NCBI GenBank assembly: GCA_965208615.1
Contig: CBDBPB010000006.1
Location: 32,001-96,000, forward strand
Origin: Spirochaetota bacterium
GTDB lineage: Bacteria > Spirochaetota > UBA6919 > CBDBPB01
Direction of reading: 5' to 3'
Length of the DNA stretch: 64,000 bases
Positions 9,989 through 20,433 of the stretch are shown here, one piece after another (position 1 is the stretch's first letter; every line of letters begins with the position of its first letter). The notes under the pieces are model-generated. The model ran no database searches and was not told where the DNA came from. It saw only the letters and a list, made by a program, of their open reading frames with translations. The translations under genes were made by a program, and so were the position numbers.

Positions 9989-10062
9989 GGGTCCATAGCT
10001 CAGTTGGTTAGAGCGGCTGACTCATAATCAGTAGGTCCCAGGTTCAAGTCCTGGTGGACCCA
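9989..10062 (+). tRNA. tRNA with CAT anticodon, most likely tRNA-Ile2 (lysidine); CCA not encoded
   Basis: Cloverleaf with acceptor GGGTCCA/TGGACCC, D arm AGCTCAGTTGGTTAGAGC, anticodon loop CTCATAA and T loop GTTCAAGTC. The G1:C72 pair and lack of three G:C pairs in the anticodon stem exclude an initiator tRNA. Ile2 versus elongator Met is inferred from resemblance. Confidence 0.9.
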
Positions 10063-10125
10063 ATAGGAATTATTATTTAATGAAAATTAATTTAATATTA
10101 AGTTTAGAAAAACTTAGTTTTAAAC

Positions 10126-10169
10126 AAGAAACGACATAAAGCTAAAACTTTATGTCGTTTCTTTTTTTT
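10126..10169 (+). terminator. Intrinsic terminator after the tRNA
   Basis: 16-bp perfect stem AAGAAACGACATAAAG/CTTTATGTCGTTTCTT, 6-nt loop, followed by a T run. Confidence 0.8.
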
Positions 10170-10185
10170 AGAGGTAAAACAAATC

Positions 10186-10905
10186 ATGATAGAAAGCAAT
10201 AATGTTTTTCGTACTATTGAACTTTTACTTAAGCTGCAGAGTGTAGCCGAAGAAAGGTTTGTTTTAAAACGTGATAAAAAGATTTATAAAAATGATCTGG
10301 GTAAACAAGAAAATGAAATTAAAGAAAAAAAGCATAAGTGTATTGAAATAGAAAAACAAATTGATAATCTCAAAAATGATATAATAGATCGAGAAAGTAA
10401 AACTAGTTTTAATAAAGAACAAATAAAAAAGATAAAAGATAAAGAAAAACAGGTTAGAACACAAAAAGAGTTTATTGCATTAGATACTGAACTGTCCATA
10501 AAACAGGACGGAATTAAAGAGCTTGAAGAGGATATTAAAGAGAAAAACAAGGCTATTAAAGCTTTACTGTCAAAACTGGATAACGAAAAAGTTGAATTAA
10601 CTAAGTATGAACTAATCTTTGATGAAAAGACTATAGAAACTGAAATTAAAATTGATGAAATTGATAATAAACTTATAGAAATAAATAAAATTGTTAATGT
10701 TGTTAAACCACAATTAGACTCAGAAGTACTTGCTAAATATGATAATATTGTTGAAAACAAGGATGGTGTTGGAATTGTTCCCGTTATTGACAATACTTGT
10801 AATGGTTGTAATCTAAATGTAACGGCACATGTAGTCTCACAGATACGAAAAGGTGAAGAGATTATTTATTGTTCAAATTGTGCTAGAATATTGTACTTAC
10901 CATAA
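10186..10905 (+). CDS. Coiled-coil C4 zinc-ribbon protein (DUF164/zf-RING_7; CT398/HP0958 family)
   Basis: Long coiled coil followed by CNGC...CSNCARILY. Confidence 0.85.
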   Translation: MIESNNVFRTIELLLKLQSVAEERFVLKRDKKIYKNDLGKQENEIKEKKHKCIEIEKQIDNLKNDIIDRESKTSFNKEQIKKIKDKEKQVRTQKEFIALDTELSIKQDGIKELEEDIKEKNKAIKALLSKLDNEKVELTKYELIFDEKTIETEIKIDEIDNKLIEINKIVNVVKPQLDSEVLAKYDNIVENKDGVGIVPVIDNTCNGCNLNVTAHVVSQIRKGEEIIYCSNCARILYLP

Positions 10906-10998
10906 TATTTTTAAATAGTAAAATTTTTATTTTCTATTTACTAGAGTTAGTTATATTATTATATTACATATTAAAATGTAATTGTTTGAGGGGTTATT

Positions 10999-11871
10999 AT
11001 GGAACTTGATAAGTTTAACATAATAAGTGATAATGAGTTAAGAGATTTCTTGAAAAAAAAGCTGAAAAAAGATTTACTAGATGTTGCAAGAGAGCTTAAA
11101 ATTAAAAAGCTATATTCTATGAAAAAAGAAGAATTAATTAATAAGATAATTGAAGTTGAAAAGGCTAAACAAATACCTTATGCGGATAACGCTATAACAA
11201 ATAAGATTGATCAAGACTCTAAACCGTCATCTCTCGAGTTCACTAAAAACTCTAAAAGCAATGGGCATAAAAAAAAGTTTGAAACAGTAGAACTAAAAAC
11301 ATTTGAAGAGCCTAAATATCCTGGTGAACGCTTTGAGATACCGCATAAGTATAATGAAACAAAAATTGTAGCTATGGTACGTGATCCAAAGTGTATTTTT
11401 GTTTATTGGGATATTAACTCTGAGCAGTATAAAATGTTTGACTTGGATAGTAAAAAACTATTTCTTAAACTTTATGATATTACGGGAGTTGACTTTGACG
11501 GCTCTAATGAAAACTCTCACTCTACTATAGAACTTATAGAAAATGTAGAAAACTGGTATATAAATCTTTCAGAGTCGAACAGGGATTATTGTGTAGAGAT
11601 TGGATTTTTTAATGAAAATGGACAATTTATTTCTATTGCTAGAAGTAATATTGTTGCTGTTCCAAGGAGTGAGTTTTCTGACTCTTATGATGATCACTGG
11701 ATGAGTGTTGAAGAGCTAATTGAGGTATCCATTAGTGATAGAAAGTCTATGGCTATTAACAGTTCCTTTGAAATTGAAAAAATGATCTCAGAACGTCTGC
11801 GGACGGCTTTATCTTCTGAGTCTCTTGTGACAAGCGGAGCTATTAGCAGTTTAGCGGCTTCAAAGTTTTAA
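10999..11871 (+). CDS. DUF4912 protein with N-terminal Rho_N-like helical domain
   Basis: LLDVARELKIKKLYSMKKEELI (Rho_N-like); YNETKIVAMVRDPKCIFVYWD, NWYI and ARSN (DUF4912). Confidence 0.8.
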   Translation: MELDKFNIISDNELRDFLKKKLKKDLLDVARELKIKKLYSMKKEELINKIIEVEKAKQIPYADNAITNKIDQDSKPSSLEFTKNSKSNGHKKKFETVELKTFEEPKYPGERFEIPHKYNETKIVAMVRDPKCIFVYWDINSEQYKMFDLDSKKLFLKLYDITGVDFDGSNENSHSTIELIENVENWYINLSESNRDYCVEIGFFNENGQFISIARSNIVAVPRSEFSDSYDDHWMSVEELIEVSISDRKSMAINSSFEIEKMISERLRTALSSESLVTSGAISSLAASKF

Positions 11872-11922
11872 AAAGTACATGAAAGTTGGTTAATACCTTA
11901 GGTTATCACATAAAATATTAAC

Positions 11923-13641
11923 ATGGGCAAAACTCCGAGTAAACTATCAGATAAGAGAGTGATAGATCTAGTAAAAAAAATTGGTCCTATTAACGCTTAT
12001 GATATTTATAATAAGTTTAAAATTAGTTATCCTTATGTTGACAAACATAATATCTTACGAAGACTTCGTAGGCTTAGAAAAAAAAGTAAAATTGCTATAA
12101 ATAAAGAAGGTAAGTTTTTTTTTCAAGCTCCTCTTTTAGATAAGTCTAAAAATACTTATACCCCAGCCGATGACTTTATTAATATATGTAAAAAATATAA
12201 ATATAGTATAGGATTCACAAAAAAGCAACTTGCTGAAGCAGATATTATTAAGGATACTAATAAGGGCCTTAATAATCGTAAAGACTTCTGTGGTGATAAT
12301 ATTATCACTATTGATGGAGAAGACGCTAAAGACCTTGATGATGCAGTATCTGTAATTAAAACCAAGGATAAATATATTTTATCTGTACATATTGCTGATG
12401 TATCATCTTATGTAAAAGAGGACTCTCTTTTGGATAAGGAAGCGTTTAAACGTGGGAATAGTGTATATTTAGTGGATAAAGTAGTACCTATGTTGCCAGA
12501 GGTTTTGTCAAATGGGGTTTGCTCGCTGAATGAGGGGGTAGATCGCCTAACTTTATCTGTTTTGATTACTTTTAACTTTAGTGGGGATGTATTAGACTAT
12601 CATTTTTATGAGGGTATTATAAAGGTAAGTAGACGATATACTTATGAAGAAATAGATAAAATACTTAATTGTATTATAGAAGAGAAAGATAAGCCTTTTG
12701 TTGATATGATTAATAAAATGAATGAGTTGGCTCAGATTATATATAAAAAAAGGGTTAGAGAAGGAAGTTTAGATTTTAATTTTAATGATATTAAAATTAC
12801 TTGTAATTCTGAGTCTTTTCCAATTGAGGTTAAAAAAGTAAAGAGGTTATTGAGTCATCAAGTTATTGAAGAATTTATGCTTAGTGCTAACAGGGTAGTT
12901 GCTAGGTTTCTTGGAGAGAGAGGAAAAGCCATATATAGAATACACGAATCCCCTAATATAGAAAAACTAAGGGAGTGTAATCGTTTTATTCAGAAACTTG
13001 GATATTTTATTAAAGATTTAACTAATTCTGATCCAATAGAACTCCAGGCCCTACTTAAAAAGATTTCTGGCACTAATCATGAAAAGATAATTAATACAAT
13101 ACTTCTTAGGAGCTTGAAGCAGGCTTATTATCATACCGAGAATAAAGGACATTTTGCACTTTCTTTTCAGGACTATACTCATTTTACGTCTCCTATAAGG
13201 CGCTATTCTGATCTTATTATACACAGGCTTTTAAAGAAGGCTATAGGAGTTAAAACTGAGTGTAAGAGAATAGCTAATAAAAGGTATCTTAATACTGTTA
13301 CACAAAGAACCTCTATTACCGAAAGGACTGCTATGGAGGCTGAGCGAGAAATAATTAAAAAGAAGTCTGCAAGGTTTATGAAGAATATGATAGGAAAAGT
13401 TTTTGATGGTATTATCTCTGGTATAACGCCTTTTGGCATGTTTGTAGAGCTTGAGCCTTATGGAGTTGAAGGGTTAATTAGAGTTGTAGATCTTGATGGA
13501 TTTTATTTATATGATGAAGATAACTATTTATTATATAGAAAAGATTATAAAGTTAAATACCAGGTAGGGGGTTATGTTAAAGCAATATTAACTAACGTGA
13601 ATGTTGAAAAAAGTTTTATTGATTTGAATATAGTATCTTAA
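11923..13641 (+). CDS. rnr: Ribonuclease R/RNB family exoribonuclease, short form
   Basis: TIDGEDAKDLDDA, IEEFMLSAN, YTHFTSPIRRYSDLIIHR and a C-terminal S1 domain. Confidence 0.9.
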   Translation: MGKTPSKLSDKRVIDLVKKIGPINAYDIYNKFKISYPYVDKHNILRRLRRLRKKSKIAINKEGKFFFQAPLLDKSKNTYTPADDFINICKKYKYSIGFTKKQLAEADIIKDTNKGLNNRKDFCGDNIITIDGEDAKDLDDAVSVIKTKDKYILSVHIADVSSYVKEDSLLDKEAFKRGNSVYLVDKVVPMLPEVLSNGVCSLNEGVDRLTLSVLITFNFSGDVLDYHFYEGIIKVSRRYTYEEIDKILNCIIEEKDKPFVDMINKMNELAQIIYKKRVREGSLDFNFNDIKITCNSESFPIEVKKVKRLLSHQVIEEFMLSANRVVARFLGERGKAIYRIHESPNIEKLRECNRFIQKLGYFIKDLTNSDPIELQALLKKISGTNHEKIINTILLRSLKQAYYHTENKGHFALSFQDYTHFTSPIRRYSDLIIHRLLKKAIGVKTECKRIANKRYLNTVTQRTSITERTAMEAEREIIKKKSARFMKNMIGKVFDGIISGITPFGMFVELEPYGVEGLIRVVDLDGFYLYDEDNYLLYRKDYKVKYQVGGYVKAILTNVNVEKSFIDLNIVS

Positions 13642-13670
13642 ATTTAAGAAGTTATACCAGTTAATATTAT

Positions 13671-13696
13671 TGGGGATGAACTTAAGTTCATCCCCA
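13671..13696. terminator. Perfect 26-bp palindrome, probable terminator hairpin
   Basis: TGGGGATGAACTTAAGTTCATCCCCA, 30 nt after the rnr stop. No clean U-tract on either side. Confidence 0.55.
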
Positions 13697-14115
13697 TGGT
13701 TGGTATGTGTTTCTGTCATTCACACTCCAAAAGTAGAAGTTCTACTTTTATATCTTTCTATTAAAAAGAAAGAGGGTTAAAAGGTATTTCAAATTATATT
13801 TAATTTTTATTTATAATCCTCCTCTTTTTTGTCTTTACTATTATAAAATATAACACCATGATTATAATTGTAAACTAATTTTTTTAATATTTATATATAA
13901 AATATATAGTCTATTATACAACTAGTGACTTAATAATATATTATACAGTTTTTAAAGGCTTTGTAGGATATAAGTAATTTCAAATTCCCTTAAAATTTAT
14001 ATATGGGATTTTATGTAGTAGTAAGATTAAAAATATTTTAAATATATTTGTTAAATGAAAGCTAATTTTTTGTTACAATTATATTATTAAGCGATAACGA
14101 ATTTAGGATTATGAT

Positions 14116-14736
14116 ATGAACAATAATAATTTTAATATTACTAAATATATTAAAGTATTTGATAGTGGTGATAGCATCTTTTTAGAGGGATCAAAGGGTA
14201 GGGAGATGTATGTTATTATTAAGGGTAAGGTTGAGATTTCTCAGTTGATAAATAATGAGCGTCATATTTTAAGTATACTAAAGCCAGGAGATTTTTTTGG
14301 TGAGATGTCTACAATTAGAGGTTTAGCAAGGTCTGCTACTGCTACTGCTATGACTTATTTAGAGTGTGTGGTGGTAGCTCCGGATATTTTTAAAAATATG
14401 TTACAGTTTAAGCCGGGATTTGGTATTAAGGTGATAAAAGAGTTGTGTAATAGGATAGAAAAGTCTAATAAGCAGGTTGAAAGGTTGACTTTATTAAATC
14501 AGACAGAAAAGGTAACAGCTGTATTAGTTAACATTGCCACTGATAATGGGACTAAGCCATTCAAAGAAGCAAAAATTCTATATGATGCAGTTGTTAGTGA
14601 GGTTATGGAAAAGATAAAAACTAACCGTAATACTGTAGAGAAGTTTATAGTTACACTATCGCAATATGCTAAGATTAAAATTGTTGAACAGGATAATATT
14701 AGTTATATTAGTATTAATGAGAGTATATTAAAGTAA
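14116..14736 (+). CDS. Cyclic-nucleotide-binding Crp/Fnr family protein
   Basis: IFLEG..MYVIIKGKVEI..GDFFGEMS..RSATA phosphate-binding cassette, C-helix, weak HTH-like C-terminus. Confidence 0.85.
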   Translation: MNNNNFNITKYIKVFDSGDSIFLEGSKGREMYVIIKGKVEISQLINNERHILSILKPGDFFGEMSTIRGLARSATATAMTYLECVVVAPDIFKNMLQFKPGFGIKVIKELCNRIEKSNKQVERLTLLNQTEKVTAVLVNIATDNGTKPFKEAKILYDAVVSEVMEKIKTNRNTVEKFIVTLSQYAKIKIVEQDNISYISINESILK

Positions 14737-14750
14737 TCATTTTTTTAGTT

Positions 14751-14769
14751 TAGCCCTTAGTAAGGGCTA
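14751..14769. terminator. Hairpin between the convergent Crp-like gene and ddl
   Basis: Inverted repeat TAGCCCTTA-G-TAAGGGCTA between the two stop codons. Confidence 0.55.
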
Positions 14770-14784
14770 TAGCTTTATTGAAGG

Positions 14785-15843
14785 CTAATAGTCTATACTT
14801 ATTTTATTATTATGTTTTTCTATGCCCAAAGATATTAGTTTGTGGATCAGTTCTTTATAACTTATTCCTGTAGCACTCCACAATTTTGAATACATACTTA
14901 TATTAGTAAAGCCGGGTATGGTATTAATTTCGTTTACATAGATTTTATTATTTTTCTTATCAATAAAAAAGTCTATTCTGGCTAATCCGGAACAGTTAAG
15001 GGCTAAAAATGTTTTAATAGAGTAGTGTTTAATTTTTTCTTTTACGGAACTACTTAGGTCAGCAGGTATAATTAATTTTGAGTCATTACTAAAATATTTA
15101 GCTTCGTAGTTGTAGAAGTCTTTGCATGGGATTATTTCTCCTGGAATGCTGGCTTTAGGATTTTCATTACCCAGAATGGCAACTTCTATTTCTCGGGGGG
15201 TTATTCCCTGTTCTACTAATACTTTTACATCATATTTAAGAGCTTCTTCTATACCTTTAGCGAGTTGATTTTTGTTATTAGTTTTGCTTATTCCTAAGGA
15301 TGATCCCATGTTTGCGGGTTTAACAAAGATTGGATATGATAATTTTAGTTCAATTTCGGATATAATTTGATTTTTATTATTAATCCAGTGATGTTTTAGA
15401 AAAGAGTGGTATGGTAGTATTGGTAGTGAATGGTTATCTAAAACTCTTTTCATAATTTCTTTATCCATGCTTATGCTTGAGCCTAACACCCCACTACCAA
15501 CGTATGGTATTCCAAGTAGTTCTAGCCATCCTTGTATAGTGCCGTCTTCGCCGTTTGGGCCGTGAAGGACTGGGAATATAACATCTATTAAGTTTTTTTC
15601 TAGCGGGTTTATGCCGAATGAATTATAAGGAAAGCTTTTTATTACTAGGTTTTTTAGATTATCATCGAGCATATCTTTAGTTTCTTTTTCTGAAGCAATT
15701 TTACCATTTTTTTTAATAGCTATTGGTATTGGTATATATTTAGACTTGTCAATTTCTTTTAGTACTGAGGATGCAGAAAGTATTGATATATAATGTTCTT
15801 TTGATTTTCCGCCAAATAGGACTCCTACTCTAAGCAGTGGCAT
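14785..15843 (-). CDS. ddl: D-alanine--D-alanine ligase
   Basis: GGKSKEH, LHGPNGEDGTIQG, KPANMGSSLG, FYNYEAKY, NEINTIPGFT. Confidence 0.95.
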   Translation of the reverse strand: MPLLRVGVLFGGKSKEHYISILSASSVLKEIDKSKYIPIPIAIKKNGKIASEKETKDMLDDNLKNLVIKSFPYNSFGINPLEKNLIDVIFPVLHGPNGEDGTIQGWLELLGIPYVGSGVLGSSISMDKEIMKRVLDNHSLPILPYHSFLKHHWINNKNQIISEIELKLSYPIFVKPANMGSSLGISKTNNKNQLAKGIEEALKYDVKVLVEQGITPREIEVAILGNENPKASIPGEIIPCKDFYNYEAKYFSNDSKLIIPADLSSSVKEKIKHYSIKTFLALNCSGLARIDFFIDKKNNKIYVNEINTIPGFTNISMYSKLWSATGISYKELIHKLISLGIEKHNNKISIDY

Positions 15844-15912
15844 AATTATTTACTCTCCTAGTCGAGGATTTTATCAACATATTTGAATCAATATACTATT
15901 TTTTTAGGTAAA

Positions 15913-16824
15913 TTATAAGTTTAGTTTAAAAGAGCTTATAAATTTATTTATTTTTTCTTGATTATTTTCGTTTATAATATCGATAACTATTTGGGCAGGA
16001 GTAAAATATTGATTTATTTTAATTGCTTTTTGCAAGTCCTTTTTAGCAGGATTTATTTTCTTTTTTCTAAGATAAATAATACCCCTATTGAAATATCCTT
16101 CAAATGACCTAATATTTAGGTTTATGACCATATTAAAGTCTTTTTCGGCATTATCAAGTTGTTTAATGTTATCATAGAGCACCCCGCGGGCTAGATAGGC
16201 ATTAATATTATTAGGTTTTTTATCTATTACTAGGTTAATATCATTAATAGCGGGATCATATTGATTAAGATAAATATAAGTTTTACCTCGTTCTAGGTAT
16301 GCAGGGCTAAACTTTTCTTCAAGTTCTATAGATTTGTTATAGTCGTTTATAGCTAAGGTATAATTTCCCATTAAGCTATTTATATTAGCTCTATTAAAGT
16401 ATGTAATATTCAGATTAGGGTTTAGGGAAATAGCTTTGTTATAATCTTTAATTGCCAGTTCATAGTTTTGGATATCTGCATAGTTAGCGCCTCTATTTAT
16501 ATATGCCTTAAGGTAGTTAGGTATTATGTTTATTGATTCTGAGTACTCTCTAATAGCCTGTTCGAATAGGTTTTTTTCATCTAAAGCTCTTGCTTTATTA
16601 AAGTGTTCTATAGCCCTAATGAGCTTATCAGCTTTAATATTTGTGCTATTTGGACTAATTTCATTTATTATTTTAGGATCAAGTTCAATTAAGTTTTCAA
16701 GTTGTTTAATTAGTATTAGTTTTTCTTTTTTGAAAAGAGTTTTTTCTTTTTTATTATTGATTTTGGATATATTTTTTAGTTCTAGATTTTTCAAGTTACT
16801 TTCTACTAATTTTATATTTATCAT
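15913..16824 (-). CDS. Tetratricopeptide repeat protein (start may be TTG 16794)
   Basis: About six 34-aa repeats of the AY.NRG....Y..AI.DY.KAI type. Confidence 0.85.
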   Translation of the reverse strand: MINIKLVESNLKNLELKNISKINNKKEKTLFKKEKLILIKQLENLIELDPKIINEISPNSTNIKADKLIRAIEHFNKARALDEKNLFEQAIREYSESINIIPNYLKAYINRGANYADIQNYELAIKDYNKAISLNPNLNITYFNRANINSLMGNYTLAINDYNKSIELEEKFSPAYLERGKTYIYLNQYDPAINDINLVIDKKPNNINAYLARGVLYDNIKQLDNAEKDFNMVINLNIRSFEGYFNRGIIYLRKKKINPAKKDLQKAIKINQYFTPAQIVIDIINENNQEKINKFISSFKLNL

Positions 16825-17106
16825 AATTTTATATATATGTCAATTTTTGTTTTAAGATAAGAAGCGTTCTAATAAAAAGTTAGATATTTAAATTTAGCTA
16901 AATTTATGCTTAAAAGAAAGTTTTTTTTTTAAAATAAAAAGTTATAAACCAGGAACATGGAAGAGCTTTGGAATAGTTATACAGACGGTTGGGGAGGATT
17001 AATTTAATATTTTTAGTTTAAAATTTGTCAATTTTTCTAGTATTTTATTTAAGATATTAAACTATTGTAGTAACTTAGTATTTTATATATAGAGTTTTTA
17101 TACTTT

Positions 17107-17344
17107 TGTTAAAGTTTTTAATATTTAGGAGGAAATATTATTCTAATGTAGAGGTATTTTTTGTATAGGTGTAAATATAATAGAATGACGTTTTATGATA
17201 ATTTAATTATTAGAGGAAATCAATTATTTTATAAGAGGTTCCGTATAAGCAATAACATATAACGTAAAGGTAAGTATATTTTTATTTCTTTAAAGTTAAA
17301 ACATTGATTAAAAGGTTATTTTCTTGTGTCAATCAGGTTATCCT
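17107..17344. repeat. Degenerate dispersed intergenic repeat, copy A
   Basis: Collinear blocks shared with 56016-56243, including exact ATAACATATAACGTAAAGG (19 nt) and GTTATTTTCTTGTGTCAA (18 nt). Left boundary approximate. Confidence 0.8.
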
Positions 17345-17603
17345 TCTATTGTTTTTATTTGATAACGATATGTTAGAAAGGATTTCTTTATTAAGATATT
17401 TAATAATATATAGCTTAAGGTGAAATTATAATTATAGTTTTATTTTATTAAGTGGCTTGTGGCAAATATTGCATCTAATATTAATGGTCATAACAGTATT
17501 TTTAAAATTAAAATAAAGTTTTTATATAATTGTATTGAACTATGCTATTATATAGAGGTATTTTAATTTAATTAAATTAAAAAATATTTTAAGGAGATTA
17601 GTA

Positions 17604-20387
17604 ATGTCACTATCTAGGAGAGACTTTATTAAGAAGACAGCTGCGGTATCTGCGGCTACTGCTATAGGTATTAGCGTACCTGAAGTGGATAAGCTTGCCG
17701 CTAACACTGCTGAGGCTGGATGGCGGTGGGATAAAAGTGTGTGTAGGTTTTGTGGTACTGGTTGTGGTATTATGCTTGCCACTAAGGACGACAAGATTAT
17801 TGCATCAAAGGGTGATCCTGCTTGTCCTGTTAACAGAGGGTTAAATTGCATTAAAGGGTATTTTAATGCAAAGATCATGTATGGTAATGACAGGCTTACC
17901 AAACCACTTTTACGTAAGACCAACGGTAAGTTTGACAAGAACGGTAAGTTTGAAGAAGTTAGTTGGGATGAGGCTTTTAAGGTTATGGCGGATAAGTTTA
18001 GACAGACTTATTCAAAAAATGGTCCTCATAGTGTAGCGGTTTTTGCGTCTGGACAATATACCATACAAGAAGGCTATGCCATGGCTAAGCTTATGAAAGC
18101 TGGGTTTAGGAGCAATAATATTGATCCTAATGCTCGTCACTGTATGGCTAGTGCGGTTGTTGGCTTTATCCAAACATTTGGCATTGACGAACCTGCTGGA
18201 TGTTATGATGATATTGAGCTAACCGATACAGTTATTAGTTGGGGTGCTAATATGGCTGAGATGCACCCTATTTTGTGGTCTAGAGTTACTGACAGAAAGC
18301 TTAGGAGCCCTGACAGGGTAAAACTGGTTAATTTATCAACTTATACCAATCGATCTTCTGATATTGCTGATACAGAGATTATATTTAAGCCGAATACTGA
18401 TCTTGCTATTTGGAACTATATTGCAAGAGAGATAATTAAAAACAAGGCTGTTGATGAGGAGTTTGTTAAGGATCACTGTATTTTTACAACAGGGTTTGTG
18501 GATATTGGTTATGGTATGCGTGGTAATACTGCTCATAAGAACTACAAAGCGTCTGAGCTGGATACTGCTAAAAAACAAAATGGAAAGGTTTTATCTGATG
18601 ATGAGGGTGTATCTTTAGGATATTTGGGTCATAAAGCTGGTGATATGCTTGAAATGAAGCATAACAAAGGTAAAGGTCCTTTCTTACACTGGAAAATAAC
18701 CCGTGAGGATTTTGAAAAGGCATTGGAGCCTTATACATTAGATTATGTTGCTAAGGTATCAAAAGGTGATCCTGATGAGTCTATTGATTCTTACAAGAAA
18801 AAATTAGAGCTATTAGCCAAGTTATACATTGAGAAAAACAGAAAGGTGGTTAGCTTTTGGACTATGGGTATGAATCAGCATTCTAGGGGTTCATGGGTTA
18901 ATGAGCAGTCATACATGGTTCATTTATTGTTGGGTAAGCAGGCTAAGCCAGGTAATGGTGCGTTTAGCTTAACTGGACAGCCATCAGCTTGTGGTACTGC
19001 TAGAGAGGTTGGTACTTTTGCTCATAGGCTCCCTGCTGATATGGTGGTAGCTAATCCTAAGCATAGAGAAGTATCAGAAAAGATTTGGAAATTACCTAAA
19101 GGTACTTTGAGTGGAAAAGTTGGATCACATTATACAAAAATTATGCGTGATCTTGAAGATGGAAAGGTAAAGTGGGCATGGGTTAATGTTTGTAATCCGT
19201 GGCAGAACACTGCCAACGCCAATCATTGGATAAAAGCGGCCAGAGAAATGGATAATTTTATTGTTGTATCTGATGGTTATGCTGGTATATCCGCTAAGGT
19301 TGGGGATTTAATACTCCCATCGGCTATGATATATGAGAAGTGGGGTGCTTATGGTAATGCAGAAAGGCGTACTCAGCATTGGAAACAACAAGTTACTCCT
19401 GTAGGTGAGTCTATGCCTGATATATGGCAATATACTGAGTTTGCCAAATATTTTAAGTTAAAAGAGTGTTGGAAGGAGTGGAATGTTGGTGGAGTCAAGC
19501 TAAAAGATGTTTTAGCAGAGGCTAAGGATAAAGGTTACAACCCTGATATGACTTTATATGATGCTCTTTTTGCTACTAAGGATATGAAAAAGTATAAATG
19601 GGATGGTGATCCTGTTGGAAAGGGCTTTATTAATACAGAGGCCGCTGGTGATGGACGAGAGATAAGTGGATATGGAAAGTTTGGTGGATACGGTTTCTTT
19701 ATACAAAAGGCTTTATGGGAGGAGTATATAAAGTTTGGAGCTAATAAGCAACATGATTTAGCTGATTTTGATACCTATCATAGTGTAAGGGGATTAAAAT
19801 GGCCTGTTATAAACAAGAGGGAGACTCAGTGGAGATTTAATGCTAAGTATGATCCTTATGCAAGGAGTGAGGTAAAGGGCAAGAACTTTGCTTTTTATGG
19901 TGGAGCTCTTAAAAAGGTGTTTGAGGGAGGCTTAAAGGGTCCTGATAAGAAAAAGCCAAAGTATGATTTAAAGAATAAGGCTAAAATATTCTTTAGACCA
20001 TATATGGAACCCCCAGAGATGCCTAGTAAAGAATATCCTATGTGGCTTTCTACTGGTCGAGTTCTTGAGCATTGGCATAGTGGCACTATGACTATGAGAG
20101 TCCCAGAGCTTTATAGAGCAGTTCCTGAGGCACTTATTTATATGCATCCTGCTGATGCAAAAAAGGCTAATGCAAACCAAGGCGATGCTGTATGGGTAGA
20201 GAGTAGACGGGGTAAGATCAAAGCTAGAGTGGATGTTAGGGGTAGAAATCGTCCTCCAAAGGGTTTGGTATTTGTTCCATGGTTTGATGAGAAGGTATAT
20301 ATTAATAAAGTTACTTTGGATCACACTTGTCCGTTGTCTAAGCAAACTGACTTTAAAAAGTGTGCTGTAAAGGTTTACAAAGCTTAA
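17604..20387 (+). CDS. napA: Periplasmic nitrate reductase catalytic subunit
   Basis: Tat signal [16 protein letters not shown] 4Fe-4S motif, [11 protein letters not shown] (Mo-ligand Cys), [18 protein letters not shown]. 927-aa long form. Confidence 0.97.
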   Translation: MSLSRRDFIKKTAAVSAATAIGISVPEVDKLAANTAEAGWRWDKSVCRFCGTGCGIMLATKDDKIIASKGDPACPVNRGLNCIKGYFNAKIMYGNDRLTKPLLRKTNGKFDKNGKFEEVSWDEAFKVMADKFRQTYSKNGPHSVAVFASGQYTIQEGYAMAKLMKAGFRSNNIDPNARHCMASAVVGFIQTFGIDEPAGCYDDIELTDTVISWGANMAEMHPILWSRVTDRKLRSPDRVKLVNLSTYTNRSSDIADTEIIFKPNTDLAIWNYIAREIIKNKAVDEEFVKDHCIFTTGFVDIGYGMRGNTAHKNYKASELDTAKKQNGKVLSDDEGVSLGYLGHKAGDMLEMKHNKGKGPFLHWKITREDFEKALEPYTLDYVAKVSKGDPDESIDSYKKKLELLAKLYIEKNRKVVSFWTMGMNQHSRGSWVNEQSYMVHLLLGKQAKPGNGAFSLTGQPSACGTAREVGTFAHRLPADMVVANPKHREVSEKIWKLPKGTLSGKVGSHYTKIMRDLEDGKVKWAWVNVCNPWQNTANANHWIKAAREMDNFIVVSDGYAGISAKVGDLILPSAMIYEKWGAYGNAERRTQHWKQQVTPVGESMPDIWQYTEFAKYFKLKECWKEWNVGGVKLKDVLAEAKDKGYNPDMTLYDALFATKDMKKYKWDGDPVGKGFINTEAAGDGREISGYGKFGGYGFFIQKALWEEYIKFGANKQHDLADFDTYHSVRGLKWPVINKRETQWRFNAKYDPYARSEVKGKNFAFYGGALKKVFEGGLKGPDKKKPKYDLKNKAKIFFRPYMEPPEMPSKEYPMWLSTGRVLEHWHSGTMTMRVPELYRAVPEALIYMHPADAKKANANQGDAVWVESRRGKIKARVDVRGRNRPPKGLVFVPWFDEKVYINKVTLDHTCPLSKQTDFKKCAVKVYKA

Positions 20388-20433
20388 GTAGTTAATGTGT
20401 TCCATTATGTTTTAAGTCTTAAGAGAGTATATT

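Noticed and set aside
9989-10190. tRNA as an integration site for a genomic island
   Set aside because: No integrase and no duplicated tRNA 3' end seen; flanking genes are chromosomal
14116-14736. Crp-like protein as the dedicated effector of the cyclase locus
   Set aside because: It lies 25 kb away with no linking evidence, and such proteins often have many paralogues
14785-15843. ddl as a Van-type D-Ala-D-Lac ligase
   Set aside because: The omega loop has Tyr (YNYEAKY), typical of D-Ala-D-Ala ligases, and no van genes are nearby
17452-17475. TGGCAAATATTGCA as a sigma54 promoter for nap
   Set aside because: GG-to-GC spacing is 8 nt instead of the required 10
17922-17954. Tandem repeat AACGGTAAGTTTGA x2 in napA
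   Set aside because: In-frame coding duplication ([12 protein letters not shown]) with two units only; not an array
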